DNA of 64,000 nt from Gemmatimonadota bacterium (lineage in GTDB: Bacteria; Gemmatimonadota; Gemmatimonadetes; Palauibacterales; Palauibacteraceae). The stretch is taken from the NCBI GenBank assembly GCA_963666735.1, contig OY762926.1, forward strand, positions 1,888,001-1,952,000. Direction: 5' to 3'. Shown piece by piece: positions 40,427-55,471 of the stretch. The first letter of the stretch is position 1, and the number at the start of each line of letters is the position of its first letter. The position numbers were made by a program, and so were the translations under genes. The notes beneath the pieces are model-generated. The model searched no databases. It saw only the letters and a list, made by a program, of their open reading frames with translations, and was not told the origin of the DNA.

Positions 40427-40795
40427 ATGGGGTTTGATGTGATCGGACTCATCACGGTGGTGCTGGCCATCATCGGCGTGGGCGTGAAGCTGGAACTGGG
40501 CAACCGCAAGCTCGGCGGCCGGGTCGGCAAGATGCGCGACGAACTCCGGGGTGAGATCCGGGACACGCGCGACGAACTCCGGGGCGAGATCAAGGATGTG
40601 CGCGACAAGCTCGGGAACGAGATCGGTGCGCTCCGGGGCGAGATCAAGGACGTGCGCGACAAGCTCGGGGACGAGATCGGTGCGCTCCGGGGCGAAGTGG
40701 CGAAGACGAGCACGTCGGTGGCCCGGCTGGAGGGCCATGCCTTCGGCATTCCCTTCCCGGACGCCGGCGGCGGCCGAGGGATTGGTCAGGGCTGA
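40427..40795 (+). CDS. Small TM-anchored coiled-coil repeat protein
   Basis: N-terminal hydrophobic helix, repeats RDELRGEI and LRGEIKDVRDKLGxEIGA (33- and 54-bp units), VARLEG. Confidence 0.7.
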   Translation: MGFDVIGLITVVLAIIGVGVKLELGNRKLGGRVGKMRDELRGEIRDTRDELRGEIKDVRDKLGNEIGALRGEIKDVRDKLGDEIGALRGEVAKTSTSVARLEGHAFGIPFPDAGGGRGIGQG

Positions 40796-40855
40796 CGGAG
40801 AACGGCCGGTGTGATCCGACCGCAACAGCCGGCGCGACGAAACGTGTTGGTGACG

Positions 40856-42135
<1,280 letters not shown>

Positions 42136-42214
42136 CGGCGAGACAGCCGCCGCGGTGCGTTACGGCACGATGATTTCCGGGAGGCCTCGGATCCGTTCAA
42201 TCGTCACCCTGGCG

Positions 42215-43309
42215 TCACCCTGGACTCTCCTCGCGGAGGCTGAGCTTTACGATGCGCCAGGGCGGGAAACGGGTGTCCGCGAGAAGGTACAGGTGCCGCC
42301 CGCCACCCAGAATCTGTGAGTTCTCCGGTAACGGCACGTCCTCGTACAGTTTGCGGCCGGTGTGCCGGTCGTAGATGTCGAGCGACGAGTGGTACTCGGT
42401 GAAGCCAACCTCGGAGCCAAAGCGTCCGTGTACGACGATTAGGTGAGACCCCACCACCGCCATCTGCGAGATCGTGCTGTGGCCCCCAAGCAGGTTCGGT
42501 ATCTGATTGGCGTACGCCCCCGGAGCAAGGGCACCCGGTTCGAACACGGGAAGGGGGTCGAACGAAGCCGGGGGAACGCCGATTTCCCCGATCGAGTCGC
42601 CCGCCGTGTTCAGGACTGCCACCGGATAGCGGACAGAGGAGGCCGTATAGATCGAGTCGCCCGCAACGGCGAACGGAAAGACGACTAGCGAAATCCAATA
42701 CGGCCTCTCCGCCGGAACGAAGGGATACCGATAAGCGCTCCATGCCACTTCGTTGTCCGTTAGCCGGTGCAGCAGCAGAGGACGCCGGAAGAAGCGTGAA
42801 GCGTCCTGTGGTCGCTCGGCGGCCCGCATCATCCCCACCAGCAGGTCGTCGCCCATTCGTATGACGCCCCGCGGGACCCCTGGAAGTTGTACCGTGGTAT
42901 CGGGCTCGAGTTCTCCGGTCAGGTACGTCAAGCGACCGCTCCGCGAGCCGAGGACCGCGATCTTGCCAGAGGCAGTCTCGGCCAAACCGTTGATGCCCTG
43001 GAACTCGAACGGGCCCTCTCCGAACCGTCCAAAGGCCGCTGCAAGCCGCCCATCCTCATGGTAGCTGCGGATCCTCGGAAGCCGTCCATCGCTCAGGAGG
43101 AAACCGCTTTTCACGCGTTCCGCAAAGATTCCCGGGGTTGCGATCGAGTCTTGCGGATCCTCACCTAGCGTGATCACCGCTTCGGTTTCGAACACCTCCT
43201 CCAGTGCGACCCCGGCCGGCGGCTTGTAATCGGGTCCCGCCGCGCACGCCGTAATCGCCAGACCGGCCGCGAACGGAGCCGGACAGCTCGCTCGCGCAGC
43301 CGCCCGCAT
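42215..43309 (-). CDS. Beta-propeller-like lipoprotein (module B2)
   Basis: LAITAC lipobox-like, GRFGEGPFEF; paralogue of 27201-28340; ATG at 43309 chosen. Confidence 0.72.
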   Translation of the reverse strand: MRAAARASCPAPFAAGLAITACAAGPDYKPPAGVALEEVFETEAVITLGEDPQDSIATPGIFAERVKSGFLLSDGRLPRIRSYHEDGRLAAAFGRFGEGPFEFQGINGLAETASGKIAVLGSRSGRLTYLTGELEPDTTVQLPGVPRGVIRMGDDLLVGMMRAAERPQDASRFFRRPLLLHRLTDNEVAWSAYRYPFVPAERPYWISLVVFPFAVAGDSIYTASSVRYPVAVLNTAGDSIGEIGVPPASFDPLPVFEPGALAPGAYANQIPNLLGGHSTISQMAVVGSHLIVVHGRFGSEVGFTEYHSSLDIYDRHTGRKLYEDVPLPENSQILGGGRHLYLLADTRFPPWRIVKLSLREESPG

Positions 43310-43325
43310 GAGAGCGATCACGAGC

Positions 43326-43583
43326 TTACCGGACGACGATCTCAGGCAGGCAGCAAACCTCCCACGTCGTCCAGCACGCCGAGCCTTCACATGTTTCCCA
43401 CCAAGGGTCGCGATGCTGGAGGTCCACACACGGGCCAACTTCCTCCTCCCATTCCTCGACGCACGGGTCCCCACTGTCCTGTCCTTTCAGGGCCGAGGGG
43501 CCGACGGTCGTCGATGCGACCGCGAAGATGAGAGCCACCGCGAATGCGGTAGCGATACGTATGAACCGCGAGAACCTGTCCAT
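43326..43583 (-). CDS. Secreted 85-aa peptide with 6 Cys and 5 Trp (module B2)
   Basis: Hydrophobic leader then QDSGDPCVEEWEEEVGPCVDLQHRDPWWETCEGSACWTTWEVCCLPEIVVR; AGGAGG RBS. Confidence 0.78.
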   Translation of the reverse strand: MDRFSRFIRIATAFAVALIFAVASTTVGPSALKGQDSGDPCVEEWEEEVGPCVDLQHRDPWWETCEGSACWTTWEVCCLPEIVVR

Positions 43584-43607
43584 TCTTCCCTCCTAACGGG
43601 ATTCGAG

Positions 43608-44204
43608 TTAACTGCGGATGACGCCAGTGGAGAGAGTCCCCCGCAAGGCGCCGACCTGAGCTTCAAAGCTCCAGCCGCAGTCCGAGCCGACAGCCCTGGA
43701 ATCGGCCATCACTACGACTCCGGCGCCATCAATGAGTAGCTTCGTGTTCGGGAGAAGTGGACCCAACGCTGCTTGCACGTCCCGTCGTCGCGCTTCCGTG
43801 AGGGCCGTGCCCCGCAGGGACCGACGCCCATCCTCCGGTACGTCATCCGTATCAAACACTACGACATGGCGCCGCAACGAATCGTCGTCTCCGAGGGCAT
43901 TCCAAACGGCGGGCCTGCCACTCAGGCACGTCTGACAGCGTGCCAAATCGACGATCCAAACCAGGTGCGCCTCCGCAGGATCCGGTTCTTCGAGTCCGAG
44001 CCACGACAGGGACACCGCCCTTCCGACCAGGCGATCCCGGACGCTCGACCGCTCTGCGAGCGGAGCCGTCGACTGCAGCGTCGCCGCGAGCTCGCGGTTC
44101 GACGCGGCCGTGTTCCAGACCGCGACCGCGCCGCAAAGCACCAGGGCGAACACAGCCAAGTCCAGAACCTTCCTGAAGGATTTTCCTGCAGCCATGAGCC
44201 CCAT
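43608..44204 (-). CDS. Membrane-anchored CxxC thioredoxin-like protein (module B2)
   Basis: N-terminal TM, LVWIVDLARCQTC, PNTKLLIDGAGVV resembling the cis-Pro/beta-hairpin region of TlpA-like folds. Confidence 0.62.
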   Translation of the reverse strand: MGLMAAGKSFRKVLDLAVFALVLCGAVAVWNTAASNRELAATLQSTAPLAERSSVRDRLVGRAVSLSWLGLEEPDPAEAHLVWIVDLARCQTCLSGRPAVWNALGDDDSLRRHVVVFDTDDVPEDGRRSLRGTALTEARRRDVQAALGPLLPNTKLLIDGAGVVVMADSRAVGSDCGWSFEAQVGALRGTLSTGVIRS

Positions 44205-44301
44205 CCGCCTGCGATGAAACCGGGTTTCTCCTCGGGCTCAAACTGTATTCCCCAGCGAGGTTACGGCAACGGCTATAGTGTATCGGTTTTGCTCAAATCG
44301 A

Positions 44302-45093
44302 CTACTCTTGGTCGAAAGTGAATACTCCGACCGATTCTGCAGGCAGGATCGGTCGGACATGTTCCGCCGTGAACGCCGCGAAGAGTGGGTCCGGGGCCAT
44401 CCGCTCAAGCTCCCCGAGCGGGCAGCCCGGCCATGCGCGCACCCTTCGGGCCAAGGTTGCCCGGTGTATCTCCGTGCGGTGTAGCACGCGCTTCCAGCCT
44501 AAACCCGACCGGCGAAGCTCATGCACCCTGAGAACCGATAGAGCGCGGAGGAAAGCGCTCAGCGTGGTCGCACCGTCTGCTCGCGTTCCGAACTGCCGGA
44601 ACAGCGTGACGGGTGCGCAGCCCACGTCCCGGGCCAGTTCCCGCACGTTGCGAACCGGTCGGTCGGCCGCCTGCCGCGCCGCATGAACGAGGGCCTTCTG
44701 GAGAGAGGAAGGCAACGACGTGCGTTCGAACGATTCCGCCAGGCTCCACAGGCCCCAAGTCGCACGCAAGGCGTCGAGCCGGGGTCGGAGACGGGTCCGG
44801 CGTTCGGTGAACCAGACCACTGCCGCCACACGCACGCGAAGCAGTTTCCGGGCCAACTCGGGGTCGGGATTCGTCACGAGCACCACCGGCACCCACGGCC
44901 GGTCACGCTCGAACCTCGCCAACAGGCGGACCTGCTCGGGCCGAACCCGGCCATGGCAAGCGACCACCACCGCCTCAACCTTACCGTCGAGAGTGGCGAG
45001 CGCTTCGGTCGCGTCCGCCACACGGGCGCCGGGGCCCGCGGCTCGGCCTACGTCCCGGGCTGTCTGGAGCGTGTCCGCGACCACAAGGATCAT
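44302..45093 (-). CDS. Receiver-like/AraC-type HTH regulator, copy 2 (full length)
   Basis: Two HTH-like segments (VRELARDVGCAPVTLFRQF; WKRVLHRTEIHRATLARR). Confidence 0.62.
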   Translation of the reverse strand: MILVVADTLQTARDVGRAAGPGARVADATEALATLDGKVEAVVVACHGRVRPEQVRLLARFERDRPWVPVVLVTNPDPELARKLLRVRVAAVVWFTERRTRLRPRLDALRATWGLWSLAESFERTSLPSSLQKALVHAARQAADRPVRNVRELARDVGCAPVTLFRQFGTRADGATTLSAFLRALSVLRVHELRRSGLGWKRVLHRTEIHRATLARRVRAWPGCPLGELERMAPDPLFAAFTAEHVRPILPAESVGVFTFDQE

Positions 45094-45215
45094 GTTGGCT
45101 TCTTCCGAACGGGGTGGTTTTTCCCATGTTCTCGCATGCCGCTTGTATCGCACCGAATGACGAGCGACTGGAACGAAGGGTTTCCGAGGTCGGAAGACAG
45201 GGGTGGGCCTTGGCC

Positions 45216-45471
<256 letters not shown>

Positions 45472-45645
45472 CCGTAGAGCAGCCGACATGGTGCGCTACG
45501 GTACGATCTCGTAGCGCAGAAACCGGGGCAACTCCACCTTGCTTCCTGTACGCCGCCGGGGGGCTGAACCTTACATCCGTCTTCCGGCTCTTGCGATCCG
45601 CCGCACCCGGGGTGCGGTCTCGTTTCCGGAGTACCGTTCCCGCGG

Positions 45646-46491
45646 CTACGGGAACCGGCGGATCGACTCGGCGACGAGGCGCTGGAAGCCGGCTTGGGCG
45701 AGTTTCGTCGTCTCGAGCACTTCCTCGTGATTCAGCGGCTCGTCGAGGACGCCCGCCGCGTAGTTCGTGAGGCAGGAGACGGCCACGCAGCGGATGCCGA
45801 GGGCACGCGCCGCGATCACCTCCGGTACCGTGGACATGCCGACGGCGCCGGCGCCCAGCGTTCGCAGCATGCGGATCTCGGCGGGGGTTTCGAAGGCGGG
45901 ACCGTGCATCGCCGCGTAGACGCCCTCGTGCAGCGTCTGCCCGAGCTCGGCCGCGGTCTCGCGCAAGATCACACGTAGTTCGCGGTCGTAGGCGAAGGTC
46001 AGGTCGGGGAAGCGATTCTCCGTCCCCACGACGGAACCGATGAGGGGGCTCGTGCCGGTCAGGTTCAGGTGGTCCGAGATCAGCATCAGTTCGCCGGGGT
46101 GCCAGCCCTCGCGGATCGCCCCGGCCGCGTTCGAGAGGAAGAGGACGGGGATCCCCAGCGCCGCCGCGACCCGCACGTAGAAGACGACGCGGTCCGGCGG
46201 GCCGCCCTCGTAGAGGTGGACGCGTCCGCCGAGGCCCAGCACGGGCCGGCCGCCGAGCGTCCCGATCAAGGCGTGCCCGGCGTGCCCGGTCACCGTCGGG
46301 CGGGGCCAGCCGGGAAGATCCTCGTATGGCACCCGCACGGGATCCTCGATCTCCGCGCCGAGCCCGCCGAGCCCCGAACCCATTGTGACCGCGACATCCG
46401 GCACGGCGCCGTCCAGCCGGTCCTCGATGCGGGCTCGCAGCGCCGCAGCCGCCGCCTCGACGCCGGCCTGGATGTCGGCGGCGCGGGTCAA
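45646..46491 (-). CDS. Purine nucleoside phosphorylase (trimeric type)
   Basis: GSGLG, GHAG, GRVHLYEG, SNAAG, GPAFETPAE, VGMSTVPE; TTG start overlapping the nupC stop. Confidence 0.92.
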   Translation of the reverse strand: MTRAADIQAGVEAAAAALRARIEDRLDGAVPDVAVTMGSGLGGLGAEIEDPVRVPYEDLPGWPRPTVTGHAGHALIGTLGGRPVLGLGGRVHLYEGGPPDRVVFYVRVAAALGIPVLFLSNAAGAIREGWHPGELMLISDHLNLTGTSPLIGSVVGTENRFPDLTFAYDRELRVILRETAAELGQTLHEGVYAAMHGPAFETPAEIRMLRTLGAGAVGMSTVPEVIAARALGIRCVAVSCLTNYAAGVLDEPLNHEEVLETTKLAQAGFQRLVAESIRRFP

Positions 46492-47906
46492 GCGAGGACG
46501 CCGGCCAGCGTCGCCGTCATCCACGTCGCCACGGTACCCCCCAGCATCGCCCGCAGGCCGAGCTTCGACAGGTCCTCGCGGCGGGCCGGCGCGATCCCGC
46601 CGATACCCCCGATCTGGATCGCGATCGAGCTGAAGTTCGCGAAGCCCGTCAGCGCGTACGTGCACATGATGAGCGACTTGTTCGAGAGCTGCAGGTCGCC
46701 GCCGAGCCCGGCCCCGAGGTTGGTGAAGGCGAGGAACTCGTTCGCGACCATCTTCACACCGAACAGCGTTCCGACCTCGGCCGCGTCGGCCCACGGCACG
46801 CCGATGAGCCAGGCCACCGGCGCGAAGACCCAGCCGAAGATCCGCTCGAGCGTGATGCCCTCCACGCCGAACAGCCCCGTCACCCAGCCGATGATGCCGT
46901 TCCCCAGGGCGATGATGGCGAGGAAGGCGAGGAGCATGGCTCCCACGTTCAGGGCGAGCTTCAGCCCGTCCCCGGCCCCCCCCGCCGCCGCGTCGATCAC
47001 GTTCGCGTGCGCCTGCGGCGGGTCGATGTCCAGCGTGCCGCGCGTCTCGGGCTCTTCCGTCTCGGGCATCAGCATCTTGCTCACCACGACCCCCGCCGGA
47101 GCCGCCATGATGCTCGCCGCCAGCAGGTGCCCCGCGATGCCCGGGAACACCCCCACGAGGATCGCCACGTACGCCGCCAGCGCCCCACCCGCCACGGTCG
47201 CGAAGCCCCCCGTCATCACCGTGTTGAGTTCCGACATCGTCATCCGGTCCACGAAGGGCCGGATGAGGAGGGGCGCCTCCGTCTGGCCGACGAAAATGTT
47301 GCCGGCGGCCGAGGTCGTCTCGGCGCCGCTCGTCCCGAGGGTCCGCTGCATCGCCCAGGCGACGCCCCGCACGACGCGCTGCATGAACCCCAGGTGATAG
47401 GCGAGGGCCATGAGAGAGGAGAAGAAGATGATCGTGGGCAGGACGCTGAAGGCGAAATTCGCGCCGATGTTCACGATGCCGCCCGCGCCTCCGTCGACCG
47501 GCGTCGAGCGATCCACGAGCGACCCGAACACGAAGCGCGACCCCTCGTTCGTATAGCCGATGAGGGCGACGAACACGTCGTTGACGGCGCTGAAGAAGGT
47601 TCGGCCGATCCCCGTCTTGAGGACCAGGAGGGCGAACGCAACCTGAAGCCCGAGCCCCTTCGCGACGAGGGGCCACGAGATCGACTTCCGGTGCGCGGAG
47701 CAGAGCCACACGGTCGTGAGCAGGAACGCGATCCCGAGCAGGCCCCGCGCCAAACGCGAGAAGAAGGGTTCGTCGATCGTGCCGCCCACCCCCTCGAGCC
47801 CCTGCGCCGCCAGCGGCGCCGCCGTCGCGGCCAGCAAGAGGCAGAACGCCGCGGTTGCGGCCGCCGCGGCCAGTGCGGAGCGGCGTGGGTCGCGACGCTG
47901 GGACAT
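46488..47906 (-). CDS. nupC: Concentrative nucleoside transporter (NupC/CNT family)
   Basis: [53 protein letters not shown]. Confidence 0.92.
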   Translation of the reverse strand: MSQRRDPRRSALAAAAATAAFCLLLAATAAPLAAQGLEGVGGTIDEPFFSRLARGLLGIAFLLTTVWLCSAHRKSISWPLVAKGLGLQVAFALLVLKTGIGRTFFSAVNDVFVALIGYTNEGSRFVFGSLVDRSTPVDGGAGGIVNIGANFAFSVLPTIIFFSSLMALAYHLGFMQRVVRGVAWAMQRTLGTSGAETTSAAGNIFVGQTEAPLLIRPFVDRMTMSELNTVMTGGFATVAGGALAAYVAILVGVFPGIAGHLLAASIMAAPAGVVVSKMLMPETEEPETRGTLDIDPPQAHANVIDAAAGGAGDGLKLALNVGAMLLAFLAIIALGNGIIGWVTGLFGVEGITLERIFGWVFAPVAWLIGVPWADAAEVGTLFGVKMVANEFLAFTNLGAGLGGDLQLSNKSLIMCTYALTGFANFSSIAIQIGGIGGIAPARREDLSKLGLRAMLGGTVATWMTATLAGVLA

Positions 47907-47993
47907 CGGCGCACTCCGGTTGAGGTTCGCGGCGACGGGAGCCGCGGAAACATATCCCGTCCCGTCTTCCGCGCCACGCGACACCCGCTTCCA

Positions 47994-48093
47994 TGCCAAT
48001 TTGGCACCCAACGCCGACCGACCGTGCCGGCGAGTGCCATTTTGTCGGAAAAGTCGGCGTACCGGCGGGCCGCGGCGCGGCACGGCGATTGCA
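47994..48093 (+). promoter_or_regulatory. sigma54 (-24/-12) promoter and candidate enhancer sites upstream of dnaK
   Basis: CGGCACGGCGATTGCA (48078-48093, GG-N10-GC); upstream TGCCAATTTGGCA (47994-48006) and TGCCATTTTGTCG (48035-48047). Confidence 0.65.
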
Positions 48094-48219
48094 ACGTGCT
48101 TCTTCCTGTTCGCGGGTGCGCGCCGGAAACGAGGCGCCGCTCCGTGCGATTCGGATGTGGTTCGGACTGGGACGAAACCAGCGGAAACAGCAGACCAGCA
48201 CAAAGCCAAGGACAATCGA

Positions 48220-50160
<1,941 letters not shown>

Positions 50161-50323
50161 TCCCCGGCGCGGTTCCGGCGGCCCGCGACCCGGGAGCCCG
50201 GCCCTCTGGCAACCCCGGGTCGCGCACCGCTCATCCTATGTGCACGGCGGAAGGAAACGCTAAGTTTGATTCGATATACTGTTCGGCTGTGCGGTGACGC
50301 GGCCGGGAGAGGGAGATGGAGGA

Positions 50324-51952
50324 ATGAGCGACTCGCTGCGTACTCGACTGAACCTGCTGATCGCGACGGCGTTCGCGTTCGCGTTCGGCGTGGGATTGGC
50401 TTCGGTACTGGACCTGACGCCGGTTTCGATCGCGGCGGACGGCAACCGGGACCCGGGGTGGGTGATCGGGGCCCCGGCAAGCGCCGGGATGACGATGGAG
50501 AACGGCTTCGCCAATGTGGCGCAGCGCGTGGCCCCCGCGGTCGTCACGATCTACCTGACGGCGGAGCGGGAAACCTCGTTTCCGAACGCATCCCCGTTCC
50601 CGCCGGGCTTCGAGCCGCCGCCGGGCTTCGAACCGCCGCCGGGGCTCGAGCTTCCGCCCGGGTTCGAGCTGCCGCCCGATTCCGAGCAGGACCGCGAGGA
50701 GGAGCGGCGGCCACGGACCGTCGAATGGAGCGGGTCCGGCTTCATCGTCTCGGACAACGGCTACGTGGTGACGAACAACCATGTGGTGGCCGGCGCGGAG
50801 CGCATCGACATCGAACTCCACGACGGACGGGTCTTCGACGACGTGGAACTCGTGGGGCGCGATCCGCAGACCGACGTGGCGCTGCTCCGGCTCGAGGTGG
50901 ACGACATCGCCGTCCTTCCCATCGGCTCGAGCGACGAGACCGCGGTAGGCGAGTGGGTGCTGGCCATCGGGAGCCCCGGCTTCCGCACCGCACCGGGACC
51001 GCTGCTGTCGTCCGTGACGGCGGGGATCGTCTCCGCCAAGGGGCGCAACATCTCCATCCTCCGGGACCGCAATCCTCTCGCGATCGAGGATTTCATCCAG
51101 ACGGATGCGGTGATCAACCGGGGCAACTCGGGCGGGCCGCTGGTGAATGCGGCGGGCGAAGTGATCGGAATCAACACGGCGATCCTGTCGACGACGGGGA
51201 GCTACCAGGGGTACGGCTTCGCGGTCCCGATCGAACTCGCCCGCGAGGTCGTCGACGACCTGATCGAATTCGGGGAGGTCCGGCGGGCGCTCATCGGCGT
51301 CTCGATTACCGATGTCGACGCCGCGGACGCGGCGTTCTACGGCTTGGAGCGCGTCGAGGGCGCGAAGATCCAGACCTTCTCCTTCGACAACAGTCCCGCC
51401 AGGCTTGCCGGACTCGAAGGCGGCGACGTCATCGTCGGCGTGGCGGGGCAGCCCGTCTCCGGCGTGTCGGAACTGCAGCGGCGGATCCGCGCTTTCGAGC
51501 CGGGGGAGACGGTGGCCCTCGACATCGTCCGCCGCTCCACGCTGGAGCGCGACCGGGCGCGCGTCCGCCTCATCTCGGCGGACGACGACTCGTCTCCCCG
51601 GGTCGCGGCACGCTCCGAGGCGCCCGAGGCGACAGGCGACGTGCTCGGCCTTGAAGTGAGAGATGACACGGAGGTCGAACCCGGGGAATACGCACCGTAC
51701 CGCATCGAGCCGGGGTTCAGGGGCGTCGTCATCACAGGCGGAGATTCGAGGGGCGCGGTGGGGCGGCTGCGCCTTCCCGCAGGGACGCTCATCCTCGACA
51801 TCAACGGCGAGGAGATCCAGGGGCGGGCCGATTACGAGCGAATCCTCTCCGCGCTGGAGCCCGGCGATGCGCTGAGCGTACAATTCAACGTCCTGCTGAT
51901 CGACGGGAGTCGACGGAACATGTTCCGGAGCGTCGTAATCCCGGAACGCTGA
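50324..51952 (+). CDS. HtrA/DegP-like serine protease with PDZ domains
   Basis: GSGFIV, TNNHVV, TDVALL, IQTDAVINRGNSGGPL. Confidence 0.92.
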   Translation: MSDSLRTRLNLLIATAFAFAFGVGLASVLDLTPVSIAADGNRDPGWVIGAPASAGMTMENGFANVAQRVAPAVVTIYLTAERETSFPNASPFPPGFEPPPGFEPPPGLELPPGFELPPDSEQDREEERRPRTVEWSGSGFIVSDNGYVVTNNHVVAGAERIDIELHDGRVFDDVELVGRDPQTDVALLRLEVDDIAVLPIGSSDETAVGEWVLAIGSPGFRTAPGPLLSSVTAGIVSAKGRNISILRDRNPLAIEDFIQTDAVINRGNSGGPLVNAAGEVIGINTAILSTTGSYQGYGFAVPIELAREVVDDLIEFGEVRRALIGVSITDVDAADAAFYGLERVEGAKIQTFSFDNSPARLAGLEGGDVIVGVAGQPVSGVSELQRRIRAFEPGETVALDIVRRSTLERDRARVRLISADDDSSPRVAARSEAPEATGDVLGLEVRDDTEVEPGEYAPYRIEPGFRGVVITGGDSRGAVGRLRLPAGTLILDINGEEIQGRADYERILSALEPGDALSVQFNVLLIDGSRRNMFRSVVIPER

Positions 51953-52057
51953 TCCGCCGGACGCCGGGAGGAGCGGGGGTTCTTGCTTGCCCCCGTTCCT
52001 CGCGATCCCGAGATTCCCCGGCCGATCCCGGCGCCGCCTTCGACTTGGCGGAGTCGC

Positions 52058-52140
52058 GCGAAAGTGGCGGAATTGGCAGACGCGCCAGCCTTAGGAGCTG
52101 GTGGCCCTTGGCCGTGGGGGTTCGAGTCCCCCCTTTCGCA
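52058..52140 (+). tRNA. tRNA-Leu (anticodon TAG)
   Basis: Acceptor GCGAAAG/CTTTCGC, anticodon arm CCAGC-CTTAGGA-GCTGG, long variable arm, TTCGA loop; no encoded CCA; precedes tig. Confidence 0.95.
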
Positions 52141-52215
52141 CTTCGTGCCGTACACGGGTGTGCACACACTGAGCCGTTCGCCCGTCCGGGAACACGAGCG
52201 GGAGCCAAACCGACC

Positions 52216-53487
52216 TTGAGCGCAGCCGACCCACAAGCCGCCACGACGGATCCGTTCGACGTCGCGATCAAGCAGGAGAACGATTACCTGCGCCGCCTCG
52301 ACGTGTCCGTGGACCCCGCGCAGGTGGCGGCGACGCGCCGCCGCGAAGCCGCCAAACTCCGGAAGACAACCCGCATCAAGGGATTCCGGAAGGGGAAGGT
52401 CCCGGTGCGGATCGTCGAGGAACGCTACGGTCCCCTCATCGACGAGCGGACGGTCGACGCGCTCGTCAACCGGGCGTATCGGAACGCCATCGAGCGGCAC
52501 GACCTTTCCACCATCGGGGAACCCGTGGTGAGCGAACTGGATTACCGGCCCGGTGAGCGGCTCTCCTTCCGTATCGACGTGGAGGTGATGCCGGCGATCG
52601 AGCTTGCGCGGACCGGAGGGTTCCGGGTCCAGCGGCGCGAGGTGGCCGTCGAGGATGCGGACATCGACGAGGTCATCGAGAACATCCGCAAGGAGAACGC
52701 GGTGCTCCAACCCGTGGACCGGGCGCCGCGGAGCGGGGATGTCGTCGCCGTGGCCATCCGCGAACACGGGAGTGGCGACGGCGCCGCGGAGAAACCGTAT
52801 CGGTTCGAACTGGGCGCGGGCTACGCGATTCCGGATGTCGAAGCCGCGATCCTCACGCTGGCGCGCGGCGAGGCAGGCTCGTTCACGGTTTCCTACCCGG
52901 AGGATTTCGGAGCCGGGGAACTCGCGGGCACCACCCGGTCGCTGCAGATCCGTCTCGACGATGTCCGGGCCAGCGAGCTTCCCGACCTCACGGACGAGTT
53001 TGCGAGCGAGATCGGAGATTTCGGGACGCTGGCGGACCTTCGCGAAGCGGTCGGAAAGGAACTCCTGGCGCGGGGTGAACGTCAGGCGGACGAGGAAGTC
53101 GGCGAACAACTCCTCGACGCGGTGATCGAAGCCAACGCCTTCGAGGTGCCGCCGAGTCTCACGTCGCGTTATCTTGACCAGGTGATCGACGCCCCCGAGG
53201 GAGCGGATCCCGAGCAGGTCGAGGAGGCCCGCAACTCCGTGGCCCCCCAGGTGGAGCGCCAGATCAAGCGGGATATGGTGCTCGAGCGACTCATCGAGGA
53301 TCAGGGGCTCGATCTGTCGAGCGAGGAATTCGACGAGCGCCTGTCGGAACTCGGGAGGGCGAGGAGCAAGAGTCTGGTGGAGATACGCCGGCAGCTCGCG
53401 AAGGAGAAGCAGCTCGACTCGCTCCGCCGCCGTTTTGCCATCGACAAGGCGTTCCGGTTTCTGATCGACGGCTCGGACGTGAGCTGA
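52216..53487 (+). CDS. tig: Trigger factor
   Basis: IKGFRKGKVP ribosome-binding motif, FKBP-like middle domain; TTG start chosen. Confidence 0.92.
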   Translation: MSAADPQAATTDPFDVAIKQENDYLRRLDVSVDPAQVAATRRREAAKLRKTTRIKGFRKGKVPVRIVEERYGPLIDERTVDALVNRAYRNAIERHDLSTIGEPVVSELDYRPGERLSFRIDVEVMPAIELARTGGFRVQRREVAVEDADIDEVIENIRKENAVLQPVDRAPRSGDVVAVAIREHGSGDGAAEKPYRFELGAGYAIPDVEAAILTLARGEAGSFTVSYPEDFGAGELAGTTRSLQIRLDDVRASELPDLTDEFASEIGDFGTLADLREAVGKELLARGERQADEEVGEQLLDAVIEANAFEVPPSLTSRYLDQVIDAPEGADPEQVEEARNSVAPQVERQIKRDMVLERLIEDQGLDLSSEEFDERLSELGRARSKSLVEIRRQLAKEKQLDSLRRRFAIDKAFRFLIDGSDVS

Positions 53488-53517
53488 TGGGCTTCGCAAA
53501 CCACGTGAGGGACTGAC

Positions 53518-54153
53518 TTGAGCACGATATTCGCACCGTATGTCATCGAACGGTCGAGCCGCGGGGAACGCACGTACGACATCTTCTCGCGTCTCCTCAT
53601 GGACCGGATCGTCTTCCTCGGAGCTCCGATCAACGACGATGTGGCGAACGTGGTGATCGCCCAGTTGCTCTTCCTGGAGGCGGACAACCCGGAGCGCGAG
53701 ATCAACATCTACATCAACTCGCCGGGAGGGAGCGTCCAGGCGGGACTCGCGATCTACGACACGATGCAGTTCCTGAACGCCCCGGTGGCGACGATGTGCA
53801 TGGGGATGGCGGCGTCGATGGGAGCCTTCCTGCTCGCCGCCGGCACGCCCGGCAGACGGCGCTCGCTGCCGAACGCGCGGATCATGATCCACCAGCCTTC
53901 CGGCGGCTCCTACGGGACGGCGGCGGACATCGAGATTCAGGCGAAGGAAATCCTCAACGCCCGCGAGCGGCTGAACGGGATTCTCGCCGGACACACCGGA
54001 CAGGACCTCGACCGGATCGCCGAGGATGTCGATCGCGACCGCTTCATGTCCCCGGAGGAAGCGCGGGATTACGGGCTCATCGACCTGGTGGTGGCGCGCG
54101 AGGCGGAGGTTGACGGCAAGAACGGGCGACCCCGCCCCGCCGTGGCGAAGTAG
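53518..54153 (+). CDS. clpP: ATP-dependent Clp protease proteolytic subunit
   Basis: [31 protein letters not shown]. Confidence 0.97.
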   Translation: MSTIFAPYVIERSSRGERTYDIFSRLLMDRIVFLGAPINDDVANVVIAQLLFLEADNPEREINIYINSPGGSVQAGLAIYDTMQFLNAPVATMCMGMAASMGAFLLAAGTPGRRRSLPNARIMIHQPSGGSYGTAADIEIQAKEILNARERLNGILAGHTGQDLDRIAEDVDRDRFMSPEEARDYGLIDLVVAREAEVDGKNGRPRPAVAK

Positions 54154-54186
54154 CAGGGCAACCCGGGGGACCGAGGGGAGGCGACG

Positions 54187-55431
<1,245 letters not shown>

Positions 55432-55471
55432 GGTCACTACTCCGGTCCGGACGGCCGAGTTCATCGGCGCG

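Noticed and set aside
42202..42223. 11-bp tandem duplication CGTCACCCTGG at a propeller stop codon
   Set aside because: Real, but no associated element; cannot tell a slippage event from an excision scar
48001..48040. CIRCE element upstream of dnaK
   Set aside because: Half-sites TTGGCACCC and GAGTGCCAT are about 22 bp apart rather than 9 and are degenerate
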